NCBI GenBank assembly: GCA_964016885.1
Contig: CAXHJY010001082.1
Coordinates: forward strand, 1-64,000
Source of the DNA: Eledone cirrhosa
Lineage: Eukaryota
Direction of reading: 5' to 3'
Length of the DNA stretch: 64,000 bases
The notes beneath the pieces were generated by a model that was not told the DNA's origin, made no database searches, and worked only from the letters and a program-made list of their open reading frames with translations. Each line of letters begins with the position of its first letter. Positions within the stretch are counted from its first letter, which is position 1. The translations under genes were made by a program, and so were the position numbers. Positions 29,546 to 44,922 of this stretch are shown here, in pieces.

Positions 29546-29633
29546 TTATAACAAACACTCAATACATAGCAGAGTATAACTATGTAATATAGAAATGGCT
29601 TCCATATGACTAGAACTGTTTCATTCGAAGGAA

Positions 29634-29636
<3 letters not shown>
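29546..29636 (-). mobile_element. Family B terminus fragment
   Basis: Minus: GAATGAAACAGTTCTAGTC..TATACTCTGCTATGTATTGAGT; ends in a ~20-bp-arm hairpin at 29529-29568. Confidence 0.7.
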
Positions 29637-29673
<37 letters not shown>

Positions 29674-30543
29674 AATATATATCCATTGAATTCAGAGAGA
29701 ATAAATTTATCGTTCCAAATGTGATATAAAAACAAATATTACTTTCTGTAAAATATGTTAATAGGTTGTCAGAATGTCATTTACATTATCCAAGAGGAAC
29801 GCCCTAGTACCATTTACCATTACTGATAAATTAAATTATATTAAAATTTCTAATCGGATTTAATTCTCAGATATAGTCGTGTGACCTCTCTCAGATAAAT
29901 CCCTTTAAAACAGGTTTAATAAATGTTTGTAGGCACCCATTACTATTTACTCCCACCCCTTATATTATATGATATATAATGGGGAAAGTGATATATATAT
30001 AAAATGAGGCTAAACAATGCAAAATGGAGGGTAAGATGAAGGCAACGAAAAAAATTAGTTACCTGGTAATCATTGTTATTTTTTGCTGTTTCTTTCCTCC
30101 TTATATTACGGAACTTAAAATTCCCTTCGTCAGATTATAAGGAATTGCCAGAGAACAAAATATTCCGGTCTCTTCTCTTTGAAATTAAATTTGAATTTAA
30201 AATTTAAATAATGTTTAGATTGTCTTTCTAGGTGAAGATTAATAAAAGTTTGAATACTGTTGAACGATCTATCTATCTATATTATAAATATATACATTTT
30301 TACGGGCCGAAAGATTTACTTAAGCGGGGTTTCTTCTCTGAAGACCTTCTGCTTGAGACTTTCTTGCCACCAAAAGAGAACCTATTGAAATATGTCAGTT
30401 TGCTTATAATGACGTCACTGCATTGTTGAGTTACGCTTTGAACTATCTATCTTACACACACACACAGACAGACAGACAGACAGACAGACACACACGCACA
30501 CGCACACGCACACACGCACACACACACACACGCACACACACAC

Positions 30544-30588
<45 letters not shown>

Positions 30589-30689
30589 CTCTCTCTGTAT
30601 TTCTGTTTAATCTGTTGACAGACTTGCATTTAATAGTCTTCTTTGAAAGTGTGTCGTCATCATTTTCATTCTGACGTCATAAACGATTC

Positions 30690-30888
30690 ACCTCTGATTT
30701 AGACACAAGGCCACCAATTTCCGTGTAGGCAAAGGTCGTGTGAATCGACCCCAGTGTGTTACTGGTATTTCATTTTAACAATTCCGTAAGGACGAAAAGC
30801 AAAAACTAACATTGGTGGGATATGAATTCAGAACGTAAAGGGCAGTATCTCTACCGATGCTCTACCGATACTGCCAATTCACCGCCCT
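30690..30888 (-). mobile_element. tRNA-derived SINE, diverged
   Basis: Homologous to neighbouring copies (CGACCCCAGT..ACTGGTA..CCGATACTGCCAATTCACCGCC). Confidence 0.7.
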
Positions 30889-31112
30889 CATAATAATGAT
30901 TTCATTTATTGGCCACAAGGGCCGACATATAGGGGACAATACAAAAGAGTGGGACAGTGGAGTTTTACAGAAACATCGAGTACACAATACGAATAACAAT
31001 AACAAAGTAACAAGAAAAATACAAGAAAAATTCCTCAATAGGGGGGATGACCACTCAGGGTTCGCTCAGGTACCCCACCAATCCTGAACGACCCGACGCT
31101 TCGAGAGCACCC

Positions 31113-31537
31113 TAATAATAATTGTTTCTACTTTTGGTACAAGGCCAGCAATTATCCCAGTGAAATTACTGGTACTTTATTTTATCGACCCCGTAAGGAT
31201 GAAAGACAGTTAATCTCGGCGGGATTTGAACTCAGAGCGTAAAGGGCCGTAACTCTACGCTACAAAGCATGGTGTCCGACTCTCTACTGATACTGTCAAA
31301 TGGTTTCTTATATAGGCAAAAGGCCATCAATTTTTTGGGGGAGGGAAAAAGTCGAGTAAATCGACCCCAGTACGTTACTGGTACTTTATTTCATCGTTCC
31401 CGTAAGGATGAAAGGCAAAGTTAATGAAAGGCAAAGTTAACCTCGGCGGAATTTGAACTCAGTCCGTATACGGACGTAACTCTATACTGCAAAGCATGGC
31501 GTCCGGTGCTCTACCGATACTGCCAATTCACTTCCCT
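31113..31537 (-). mobile_element. Two tandem tRNA-derived SINEs
   Basis: Two copies of ACTGGTACTTTATTT..GTAAGGATGAAAG..CTCGGCGG.ATTTGAACTCAG..GATACTG. Confidence 0.85.
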
Positions 31538-31541
31538 CATC

Positions 31542-31584
<43 letters not shown>

Positions 31585-31949
31585 CCACGACACTAACAAC
31601 AACAAGAATATCCTCGATGAAACAATACTAGCCATAGTAATATATTAAATAAATGTGTACTGATCTGACTGATCTCTTAATCATTTAGAACATGAAAAGA
31701 AAAAGAATAAACGATTTATTATAGTCTTCATTAATGAGTCGCAATACGATTTGAACAACAATAACAACTGTAACAAGATTATGAACAACAACAATAACAG
31801 TAACAACAGTAGTAACATCAAAACCATCTAGATGATGGACATGAGCAAGTACAAGAAAGACAACAATAACGACAACGACAGCTGCAACAACAAAGAAAAT
31901 AAAAAAAAAGTATTGACAAGAAAATATAGAAAACAATGACAGAAATATC

Positions 31950-32450
31950 TACAACAACAACAACAACCACGAAAATAAGTATAACAAAAAACACCAACAA
32001 CAATAACAACGGTAATAAGACCATGTTCAACAACTATAACAACCTCCACCACGAAAATAAGTATAACAAAAAGACCACCAACAACAATAACAATATCATC
32101 ATTAACAACAACAATAACAACAGTAATAAGACCATGTTCAACAACAATAACAACAACCACAACCACGAAAATAAGTATAACAAAAAAACACCACCAACAT
32201 TATCATCATTAACAACAACAACAACAACAATAACAACAGTAATAAGACCATGTTCAACAACAATAACAACAACCACAACCACGAAAATAAGTATAACAAA
32301 AAGACCACCAACAACAATAACAACAATATCATCATTAACAACAACAACAATAACAACAGTAATAAGACCATGTTCAACAACAATAACAACAACCGCAACC
32401 ACGAAAATAAGTATAACAAATAACCACCAACAACAATATCATCATTGACA
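31950..32450. repeat. (AAC)-derived higher-order repeat, 4-5 copies of variable length
   Basis: CACGAAAATAAGTATAACAAA and GTAATAAGACCATGTTCAAC recur. Confidence 0.85.
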
Positions 32451-33215
32451 ACAACAATATCAATAATTACAACACTTACAAGACCAAGAACAACAACAAT
32501 AACAACAACAACAGTGAGAACGTCAAAACCAACTAGATGAACATGAGCAACAAGGACAACAACAACAACAGCAACAAAAAAGAGAAAAGTGTTTACAAGA
32601 AAACATGAAAAATAGTGACAAAAATATCATCATCAACAAGAACCACAAAATACGTATAAACAAGTACAACAACCATACTACACCAATAACAACAACATCA
32701 TCATTAACAACAACAACAGCAACAACATGAAAGGGGACATAAAAAGAAAGGTGGTAAAAGTTTCCTTTTGGATAATTACTCAAAAGACTGGAATTTATTT
32801 ATGGAAATAATAATAAATATATCTTGTGGTATAATCCTTATCATCATCATCATCATAGCCAACATCATCGCCATCACCATCACCATCATCATCATCATCA
32901 TCATCATCTTCATTATCGCCATCATAACCATCGTTACCATCATCATAATGATTGTTTACATTGCCATAACCATCATTTTCTCATTCTCCCTCATAACCAC
33001 CATTATCATCATCATCATAACCATCATTATCATCCCTATCATAACCATTATCATCCCCATCATAACCATCATCATCACCATCATAACCATCATTATCATC
33101 ATCATCATAAACCATCATTATCATCACCATCATAACCATCATTATCACCACTAAAACCATCATCATCATCATTATAATCATCATAACCATCATCATCATC
33201 ATCATCATCATCTTC

Positions 33216-33656
33216 AAATTGTTGGCCTTGTGCTTAAATCAGACACCGGTGGATTGGCAGTATCGGTAGAGGGTCAGACACCATGCTTTCCAGCATAGTG
33301 TTACGTCCCTTTACGATTTGACTTCAAATTCCGCCGAGGTTAACTTTGCCTTTCATTCTTACAGAGTCGATAAAATAAAGTACCAGTAATGTACTGATTG
33401 CTGGCCTTGTGCCAACAGTAGAAACAATTATTTGAAGGCGCTGGATTGGCAGTATCGGTAGAACGTAGGACACCATGCTTCGGGACATAGAGTTACGGTC
33501 CTTTAAGTTCTGAGTTCAAATCCTGCTGAGGTTAGCTTTGTCTTTTATCCTTACGGGGTCGATGAAATATAGTACCATTAATTCACTAGGTCGATTACAT
33601 CGACTTTCACCTTCCCCCAAAATTGTTGGCTTTGTGATTAAATCAGACACCAATAT
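33216..33656 (+). mobile_element. Tandem tRNA-derived SINEs (tail + two copies)
   Basis: A box TGGCAGTATCGG and B box TTCAAAT(T/C)C in each unit; reverse complement of the 31.1-31.5 kb copies. Confidence 0.85.
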
Positions 33657-33794
33657 TAACCATGTATTTGTTATTAACGTTTAATAACGTTCTTTATATT
33701 CCTGTGTGTCAAATTGGAACTGTCTCTGTTTTGTCTTTTAAAATCTTTATTCAATTACATTTTTAAATATTATTTTAGAATCTCGTTTTTTTTT

Positions 33795-34320
33795 CATATA
33801 AAAAAAGAAAACTATGCTTTTATGTTTTCAAAAAATGATGGAGACGTATTCATAGTTAATATCTTTGTGTATATACCGCCTCCACTGCCTCGGAGGAGGT
33901 GGGGGTCTTATTATATAAAAAAAGAAAATCATGCTTTGTGTCATAAAACAATGATGGAGGTGTATTTATAGTTAATATCTTTGTGTATAACAATACCTCG
34001 GAGGAGGTGAGGGTCTTATTGTAAAAAAAAGAAAATCATGCTTTTCTGTTTTAAATCAATGATGGAAGTGTATTCATAGTTAATATCTTTGTGTATAACA
34101 CCACCTCCTGAAATGTAGTAGTAGTACTACTGTTGCTGCTGCTGCTATTACTACTACTACTAACAATATAAAGGGGGGGGGGTCTTATTGTAAAAAAAAG
34201 AAAATCATGCTTTTGTATTTTCAAAAAATTATGGAAGTGTGTTCATAGTTAATATCCTTGAGTATAAGACCACCTCCACTACACCAGAGCGTGTGTGGAG
34301 CGTGGGGGTGGGGTCTTATT
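33795..34320. repeat. ~110-170-bp tandem repeat, four copies
   Basis: AAAGAAAATCATGCTTT..ATGGA..CATAGTTAATATC..GGGGTCTTATT recurs. Confidence 0.85.
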
Positions 34321-34404
34321 GAACCAGTCATCGAAGCGGAGAACCGTGAAAGGAGACCGTTCGGAGCAAACATCAAGAATAAGAATAACAGTGGTAGTAG
34401 TAAT

Positions 34405-34659
34405 GTGCTGCTGATACTACTACTGTTACTCCTGTTACTATTGTTACTACTACTGCTGCTGCTGTTGCTGCTGCTACTACTACTACTACTACTACGACTA
34501 CTACTGCTATTGCTACTACTACTACTGTTGCTGCTGCTGCTACTACTACTACTACTGCTACTACAGCTGCTGCTACTACTACTACTACTATTACTACTAC
34601 TGCTACTGCTGCTACTACTACTATTATTACTGCTACTGCTGCTACTACTACTAGTACTG

Positions 34660-34702
<43 letters not shown>

Positions 34703-34710
34703 TACTACTG
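34405..34710. repeat. (CTA/CTG)n trinucleotide repeat; (CAT)n at 32838-33215, (GGT)n at 37747-38425
   Basis: Direct reading; yields poly-L/V/H/G ORFs. Confidence 0.9.
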
Positions 34711-35272
34711 GTGTGATTATATACTTATCTATATATGTATATATGTACGTGCATGTTTGTTGTATGTGTGTATATGTATGTATGATGTAAGGATGTATGT
34801 ATGCATGTATGTATATGTGTGTGTGTATATATGTGTGTGTGTATGTATGTATATGTGTCTGTATGTGTGTATGTATATGTGGGTATGTGTGTGTAAGTAT
34901 GTAGTGTGTATGTGTATATATATATATATATATGTGTGTGTGTATGTATATATATATGTGTATGTGTGTGTGTGTGTGTATATATATATGTGTATGTGTG
35001 TGTGTGTGTATGTATATATGTGTGTGTGTAGGTATGTATGTGTGTATGTATATATATTTATATATGTGTGTGTGTGTGTGTATGTATATATGTGTGTGTG
35101 TAGGTACGTGCATATGTATGTATGTGTGTGTGTGTATATGTATATATATATATATGTGTCTGTGTATGTGTGTGTATGTATATATGTGTGGGTGTATGTA
35201 TGTGTGTGTAGGTACGTGCATATGTATGTATGTGTGTATGTGTATATATCTCTCTCTCTATATATATATATA

Positions 35273-35465
35273 TAACGAAGGAAATGTGGTAAGGAACCAG
35301 GTGGACCATAACGCACCAAAGTACTCAATACTTAGGGTAGTAGAGTGGGTAATAGGAACGAGTAGGACCCCGAAGGCTGAGCTCAAGCCGTTTCGACGGC
35401 TAATTCTGGACTAATTAGCCGTCGAAACGGCTTGAGCTCAGCCGTCGGGGTCCTACTCGTTCCTA
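35273..35465. mobile_element. Family A head-to-head inverted terminus pair (two HHR 3' halves)
   Basis: Left arm (minus) carries the HHR 3' half plus ~100 nt of downstream tail; right arm (plus) AATTAGCCGTCGAAACGGCTTGAGCTCAGCCGTCGGGGTCCTACTCGTTCCTA; junction near 35411-35414. Confidence 0.85.
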
Positions 35466-35522
35466 TATATACATATATATAGATATATGTGTATTGGTGT
35501 GTATGTGTGTGTAGTTACGTGC

Positions 35523-35560
<38 letters not shown>

Positions 35561-36025
35561 ATGTGTGTGTATGTATATATGTGTGTGGGTGTATGTATGT
35601 CAGATTGTTTATTTTCTATTTCATCACGTGACAAAGCTGAAGAATTCACCATTGAATGGAATAAATAAAGGTAGAAATTGTATGTGTATTGGATATTCAA
35701 CTGGATATTCAACTCATTCAACATGGCGTACACCATTGCTGTAGAATTAATAAAGGAACCATTGCAGAAGAAATAATGAAAGACGAGGTGAATGAACGTT
35801 AGAAAAAATGGATGGAATTAGAAAAAAATAAATGGCTAAAGTGATTTCATTTAGAATGCGAAATCTGAAATCTGAAATATTTACGTAATATGAAGAATCG
35901 AAATCTAAACCTGTTTATAAATGTTTATTTACCATTCTTTCTTGATTTACCATTCCTTCCTTCTTTCTTTCTTTATTCCTCTCTTTCTTCCATCTCTTTC
36001 TTTCTTCTCTTTCTTTCTTTACCAT

Positions 36026-37070
<1,045 letters not shown>

Positions 37071-37250
37071 GTTATTCCGGGTTGAATCGGAGGTAACCAC
37101 AGTAAGTAAGGTACTCAATACATAGCAGAGTATAACAGTTTTAATGTAGATGAGATTCTACAGGACTAGAACTGTTTCATTCATTAGAAATGATGATTTC
37201 TAATGAATGAAACAGTTCTAGTCCTGTAGAATCTCATCTACATTAAAACT
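37071..37250. mobile_element. Family B head-to-head palindrome broken at the hammerhead core
   Basis: ~55-bp inverted arms around 37191-37196; + strand reads TGATGA-TTTCTAATGAAT-GAAAC-AGTTCTA-GTC; left arm carries a longer tail ending GGAATAAC. Confidence 0.8.
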
Positions 37251-37255
37251 ATATG

Positions 37256-37291
<36 letters not shown>

Positions 37292-38671
37292 TGTATATAC
37301 ATGTGTCTATACGTATATAGATACATGTATACGTATAAGCAAGTGTGTATATACTTATATACATGTGTGTATATACTTATATACATGTGTGTATATACTT
37401 ATATACATGTGTGTATATACTTATATACATGTGTGTATATACTTATATACATGTCTGTATATACGTATATGCATGTATGTATTTACGTATCTACAGTAGA
37501 TGTGTGTATACGTACATACATACATGTATACGTATATGCAAGTGTGTATGTGTTTATATACGTATATGTATGTGTATAGTTCCCTACGCATGTATTTATA
37601 GAAGAAGACCACATGTAGTAATCTGTAAATGTAGAAGAAATAATCCCAAAAGATGCGAAAGATTTAAGAAAATTCTAGAAAATAAGTTGGACCAATTCTG
37701 GCCTGTAGAGAAAATCTCTAAAGTATGTTTTTGTTTTAATAGTATCGGTGGTGGTATTGGTGGTGGTATTGGGGGTGGTAGTGATGGTGGTGGTGGTAGT
37801 GGTGCTGATCGTGGTAGTGGTGGTGGTGGTAGTAATGGTGGTGGTGGTAGTGGTGATAGTGGAGGTGGTGGTAGTGATGATGGTGGTGGTAGTGGTTCTG
37901 ATAGTAGTGGTGGTTGTGGAGGGGGTGGTAGTGATGGTGGTGGTGGTAGTGGTGCTGATCGTGGTGGTGGTTGTGGAGGGGATAACGGCAGTGGTTGGTT
38001 AGTGGTGGTGGTAGCTGTGTTGGTGGTAGTTGTGGTGTTGGTGATAGTTGTTGATGTTGTGGTGGTGGCATTGGTAGTATAGGTGATGGTGGTAGTGGTG
38101 CTGATGGTGGTAGTAGTAGTGCTGGTGGTAGTTGTTGATGTTGTGGTGGTATTAGTAGTGTAGTTGTTGATGTTGTGATAGTATAGGTGATGGTGGTAGT
38201 GGTGCTGATGGTGGTAGTAGTAGTGCTGGTAGTAGTTGTTGATGTTGTAGTGGTATTAGTAGTGTATTTGTTGATGTTGTGGTAGTATAGGTGATGGTGG
38301 CAGTGGTGCTGATGGTGGTAGTAGTAGTGCTGGTGGTAGTTATTGATTTTGTGGTAGTATAGGTGGTAGTTGTGGTGATTGTGCTGGTGTTAGGGGTGAG
38401 GGTACTGATGGTGGTAGTTGTAGTTGGTTTTTGTGGAGCGAGAGAATCCTAGACTTCACCAAGACATCTCGCTAGGAGACAGGCACACTCATACTTACGA
38501 CTTCGTTTGCATCCAATGATGTAGATCAGTTGTTCTTTTAAGGCAAATGCATTCGGTATTCAAAGAGTGGCATTGGCCCAGCCTTTCCTCAGTTTCAAAC
38601 ACAGGCATCGCTTGATATGTGGCATTTTCTCGCGGCGTGTGGTATTGCTGGCCATCATGTATGTATGTATG

Positions 38672-38888
38672 TTATATCTTTCTCTTAATTTCGAGTATAT
38701 TTTTGACCGGCCACCTTCCTGGTGGCAAGGTTGTAAAAGAAAAGAAATTGTCATCCCTTGAATCGCAAGAATGTTTTGTAAATTTTGAAGGTGCCAGCTA
38801 TCGCAGCCATTTGTAGACTATGAATTAGGGAGCTGCGCTCTTTGTCCGCAAATCCAAGTTTAGTTATACATTGGTCCAAGCGGGTTGG
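38672..38888 (-). mobile_element. Short 3' fragment of the same R4/Dong-like family
   Basis: [46 protein letters not shown] plus the same 3' UTR; (TATG)n on both sides. Confidence 0.85.
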
Positions 38889-39439
38889 TATGTATGTATG
38901 TATGTATGTATGTATGTATGTATGTATGTATGTATGTATGTATGTATGTATGTATGTATGTATGTATGTATGTATGTATGTATGTTCTTCTGGTTTTATA
39001 ATTTCACAAATTTTTGCCAATAGAGAGAGAGTGGGTTTCTAACATAGACACAAGACTCTCTCATTGTAATTTACACAACATCAACTAGGTATATATGTAT
39101 GTCTGCATGCATGCTTGTGTAGGTATGGATGTTATTGTACGTGTGGATGTGTATATTTTGAGTCTGATGTGTGCATGTGTATACGATTTGTATCTGTACA
39201 TGTGTATATACAGTTATTAGATGCAAAATCTTTGGAATGTTTTACATATTTTCACTGTTCCATTAATGAATTGTACTTGTAATTTACAAACTAGTTATGT
39301 TCTTTCTGTTCCTGTGAAGCCTAGCTTCTCAAGATTTGTATTGAAGAAGTTACTAACATGTACTAATATGTGTGTATGTATTTATGTATGTATGTATGTA
39401 TGTATGTATGTATGTATGTATGTATGTATGTATGTATGT

Positions 39440-39665
39440 CACAACCATGTTCAAAGAGAGCCAGTGAACTATGATCTCCACGGTATTGTGAAGGTACACA
39501 GGCAACCTGATGCAAGACCTAAGGCCAGGGAGATCCATAGTTGTCATAAATATACGAAGGAGTGCAAGTCTCTAGCAGGCTTGAAAGGTCATATCCGAGC
39601 ATCACACATCTGAATCTGATAAGGGATTGCAATACTCTTGGCAGAGTTTGCAGCCATCCTGTGTG
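39440..39665 (+). mobile_element. Probable LINE 3' fragment with C2H2-like tail
   Basis: HSCHKYTKECKSLAGLKGHIRASH resembles the RTE C-terminal zinc-finger motif; flanked by TATG repeats. Confidence 0.45.
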
Positions 39666-39839
39666 CATGTATGTATGTATTTCAAAATCTACTGCCGTAT
39701 TCGAACTCTCCGCCAGAACATTATATAGATACCAATGCTGACAAATTCTGCCAATTACTTGAAATGATATCTGATGAAGAAATATATTTATAGTTTTAAT
39801 TGTCAAACCACAATAGTCCTTATTATCGCAGTTACGTAA

Positions 39840-39935
<96 letters not shown>

Positions 39936-40331
39936 TATATATATATATATAGAGAGAGGGTTATAAATAAATGTGTATATATATCAATGTGGAAATATAT
40001 ATAAATGTGAATATATATATATATATATTTGTATAGAGAAGTCATTTAAATAGCACAGCACTTTGTCATTGTCAAGTAGCATACATTGATGACAGAGGTT
40101 ATAGGAAACTCACCTCACCTACTCCGCTTACATCTTAATAAGCGGTTATCTTATTTGCCGGGGAATAATTCTCTTTGACTGTCTGTATGTCTGACTTTCT
40201 TTCGCCCACTCTCGCCCACTCTCGTTCTCCTTTCTCTCTTTCTCTTCTGTTCTCTCTCTCTCTGAATGAAAGATATAAAATTCATCTTAATTATGAAACC
40301 CTCGGAGGTTTGAAACAGATAAATCCTGCAG

Positions 40332-40380
<49 letters not shown>

Positions 40381-40397
40381 ATATATATATATATATA

Positions 40398-40494
40398 CAG
40401 GGTGCCTCCAAAAAATGTATTCACACTTCAACACCATTCTAAAAAATAGTGCCTGAACAGGTAATCAATGTGTGCATACAATTTTTGGGACACC

Positions 40495-40497
<3 letters not shown>
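40398..40497. mobile_element. 100-bp Tc1/mariner-type MITE
   Basis: Imperfect TIRs CAGGGTGCCTCCAAAAAATGTAT / ATACAATTTTTGGGACACCCTG with TA on both sides. Confidence 0.8.
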
Positions 40498-40547
<50 letters not shown>

Positions 40548-40555
40548 CACATATT

Positions 40556-40640
<85 letters not shown>

Positions 40641-40698
40641 CATACACATATATACATATATATAGATAGATATACATACACACATATATATAAGTATA

Positions 40699-40745
<47 letters not shown>

Positions 40746-41119
40746 GTATATATACACACATATACATATATATATATATCTGTAAAATTAAAGCACCCCG
40801 CCATTACATTAAACAAGAGAGCAAGTACAGGTGGTAGAAACTTGTCCAATATACAGACATAAACTGTCTTCTAGAAGAGATTCCATTATATACACTGTAT
40901 TAGTGCCATTTTACCAGAAGGTGCGTGGGACACTCGAATCAGCGAGATATTTCAAGTGGAAAGATAATTATTTGACAGGTAGTATTTGAATTAAAATTTA
41001 TCAGACAAACAGACTCCATATAAGTACATATATATACACACCTATATATATATATATATATAATATTATATTATATTATATATATATGTATATATATAAT
41101 ATTATAGTATATTATATTA

Positions 41120-41231
<112 letters not shown>

Positions 41232-41271
41232 TATGTGTGCGTGTGTGTGTATGTGTATATGTATATATGTG

Positions 41272-41304
<33 letters not shown>

Positions 41305-41358
41305 ATGTATTTATATGTGTATATATGTATTTATATATATGTATACATATATGTATAC

Positions 41359-41392
<34 letters not shown>

Positions 41393-41928
41393 GTATACAT
41401 ATATATATATATATGTATACATATATATATATATATATATATATGTATACATATATATATATATATATATATATGTATACATATATATATATATATATGT
41501 ATATATATGTATACATATATATATATATGTATATATATGTATACATATATATATATATGTATATATATGTATACATATATATATATATGTATATATATGT
41601 TAACACATATATATATATATATATATATATACGCACATACACACACATATATATATATATATGCAGAGAGCTTAACCTTACGCACTTAGGCAATTGTCTA
41701 TAGAAATATATTTTGGGAAAAATTTGCTTTAGTTGTATATTCAATGCCCAGAAGAAGAACAATTTTCTAACGTAAACCAACTTTGGTAAATAGTATTTAA
41801 AATGCAAATGTCTTTCTGACCAATACCTGATTTATTCTTTTGCGGTTCTTTCTTACCGCCATTTTGATTTGATACATATGCCATAAGGGCCAAGTTTTAA
41901 TAGTTTAGCGCACGTCCATTATGTTAGC

Positions 41929-42026
<98 letters not shown>

Positions 42027-42684
42027 ATATATTTATATATATATATATATATATAATATATATATGTATATATATATATGTGTGTGTGTATTTATTTATA
42101 TATATATATATATATATGTGTGTGTATGTATATATATATATATATTTGTATGTATATATATGTATATATATATATATGTATGTATATATATGTATATATA
42201 TATATATATGTATGTATGTGTATGTATATATATATATACATGTATGTGTATGTATGTATATATATATACATGTATGTGTATGTATATATATATATACATG
42301 TATGTGTATGTATATATATATGTATGTGCATATATATATATATGTATGTGCATGTATATATATATATGTATGTGCATGTATATATATATATATGTATGCG
42401 TATGTATATATATATGTATGTGTATGTATATATATATGTGTATGTATATATATATATGTGCATGTGTATGTATATATATATATATATATATATGTGCATG
42501 TGTATATATATATGTATGTGTATGTATACATATATATGTGCATGTATATATATATGTATGTGTATGTATATATATGTGTGTGTATGTATATATATATATA
42601 TGTATGTGTGTGTATGTATATGTATATGTATATATATATATGTATATATGTATATGTATATATATATATGTATATATGTGTATG

Positions 42685-42727
<43 letters not shown>

Positions 42728-43328
42728 GTATGTATATATGTGTATGTATATATGTATATATATGTGTATGTATATATGTATATATATATATGTATGTATA
42801 TGTATGTATATATGTGTATGTATATAGGTACATGTATATATATATATATGTATGTATATATATGTATATATGTGTATGTATATAGGTATATATACATATA
42901 TATATATATATATGTATATATGTGTATGTATATAGGTATATATATATATATATATGTGTATATGTGTATGTATATATGTATATATATATATATATATATG
43001 TATATATGTGTATGTATATATGTATGTATATGTATATATATGTATATATGTGTATGTATATATGTATGTATATGTATATATATATATATATATATGTATA
43101 TATGTGTATGTATATATGTATATATATGTGTATGTATATATGTATATATATATATATGTATGTATATATATGTATATATGTGTATGTATATATGTATATC
43201 TATGTGTATGTATATATGTATATATATATATAAATATATGTATATATGTGTATGTATATATGTATATATATGTATGTATATATGTGTATGTATATATGTA
43301 TATAAATATATGTATATATGTGTATGTA

Positions 43329-43385
<57 letters not shown>

Positions 43386-43400
43386 GTATATATATATATG

Positions 43401-43441
<41 letters not shown>

Positions 43442-43726
43442 TTATGTATATATATATATGTATATATATGTATATATATGTATATATATATATGTATATA
43501 TATGTATATATATATATGTATATATATGTATATATATATATATATGTATATATATGTATATGTATATATATATGTATATATGTATTTGTATATATGTATA
43601 TATATGTATATGTATATATATATGTATATATGTATTTGTATATATGTATATATATGTATATATGTATATATATGTATATGTGTATATATGTATATATATA
43701 TATATATATATTTGTGTATCTATATA

Positions 43727-43757
<31 letters not shown>

Positions 43758-43770
43758 GTATGTATATATG

Positions 43771-43819
<49 letters not shown>

Positions 43820-44147
43820 GTATATATGTATATGTATATATATATATATGTATATATGTATATGTATATATATATGTATATATATATATATGTATATATG
43901 TATATGTATATATATATATATGTATATATGTATATGTATATATATATGTATATGTATATATATATATATGTATATATGTATATGTATATATATATGTATA
44001 TATATATATATGTATATGTATATATATATGTATATATATATATATATATATGTATATATGTGTATATATATATATATGTGTATATATATGTATATATGTA
44101 TATATATATATATGTGTATGTATATATATATATATATGTATATATGA

Positions 44148-44188
<41 letters not shown>

Positions 44189-44230
44189 TATGTATATATG
44201 TATATATATATATGTGTATATGTGTATGTA

Positions 44231-44289
<59 letters not shown>

Positions 44290-44368
44290 ATATGTGTATG
44301 TATATATGTATATATATATATATATGTATATATGTATATATATATGTGTATATGTGTATGTATATATG

Positions 44369-44421
<53 letters not shown>

Positions 44422-44518
44422 GTGTATGTATATATGTATATATATATATATATATATGTATATATGTGTATGTATATATGCATATATTTATATATATATA
44501 TATATATATGTGTATGTA

Positions 44519-44563
<45 letters not shown>

Positions 44564-44582
44564 GTGTATGTATATATGTATT

Positions 44583-44613
<31 letters not shown>

Positions 44614-44622
44614 GTGTATGTA

Positions 44623-44673
<51 letters not shown>

Positions 44674-44682
44674 GTGTATGTA

Positions 44683-44727
<45 letters not shown>

Positions 44728-44764
44728 ATATATATATATATATATATGTATATATGTGTATGTA

Positions 44765-44809
<45 letters not shown>

Positions 44810-44879
44810 ATGTATAATATATATATATGTGTATGTATATATATATATATATGTGTATGTATATATATATATATATGTG

Positions 44880-44922
<43 letters not shown>

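Noticed and set aside
31936-32448. Thr/Asn-rich mucin-like ORF
   Set aside because: Explained by an (AAC)n higher-order repeat with frame-shifting unit lengths.
37345-38082. Gly-rich ORF resembling a structural protein
   Set aside because: Derived from a degenerate (GGT)n tract fused to microsatellite; no splice or homology support visible.
40780-40970. Possible Tc1 transposase remnant (LLEEIPL)
   Set aside because: Only one short peptide resemblance; insufficient without alignment.
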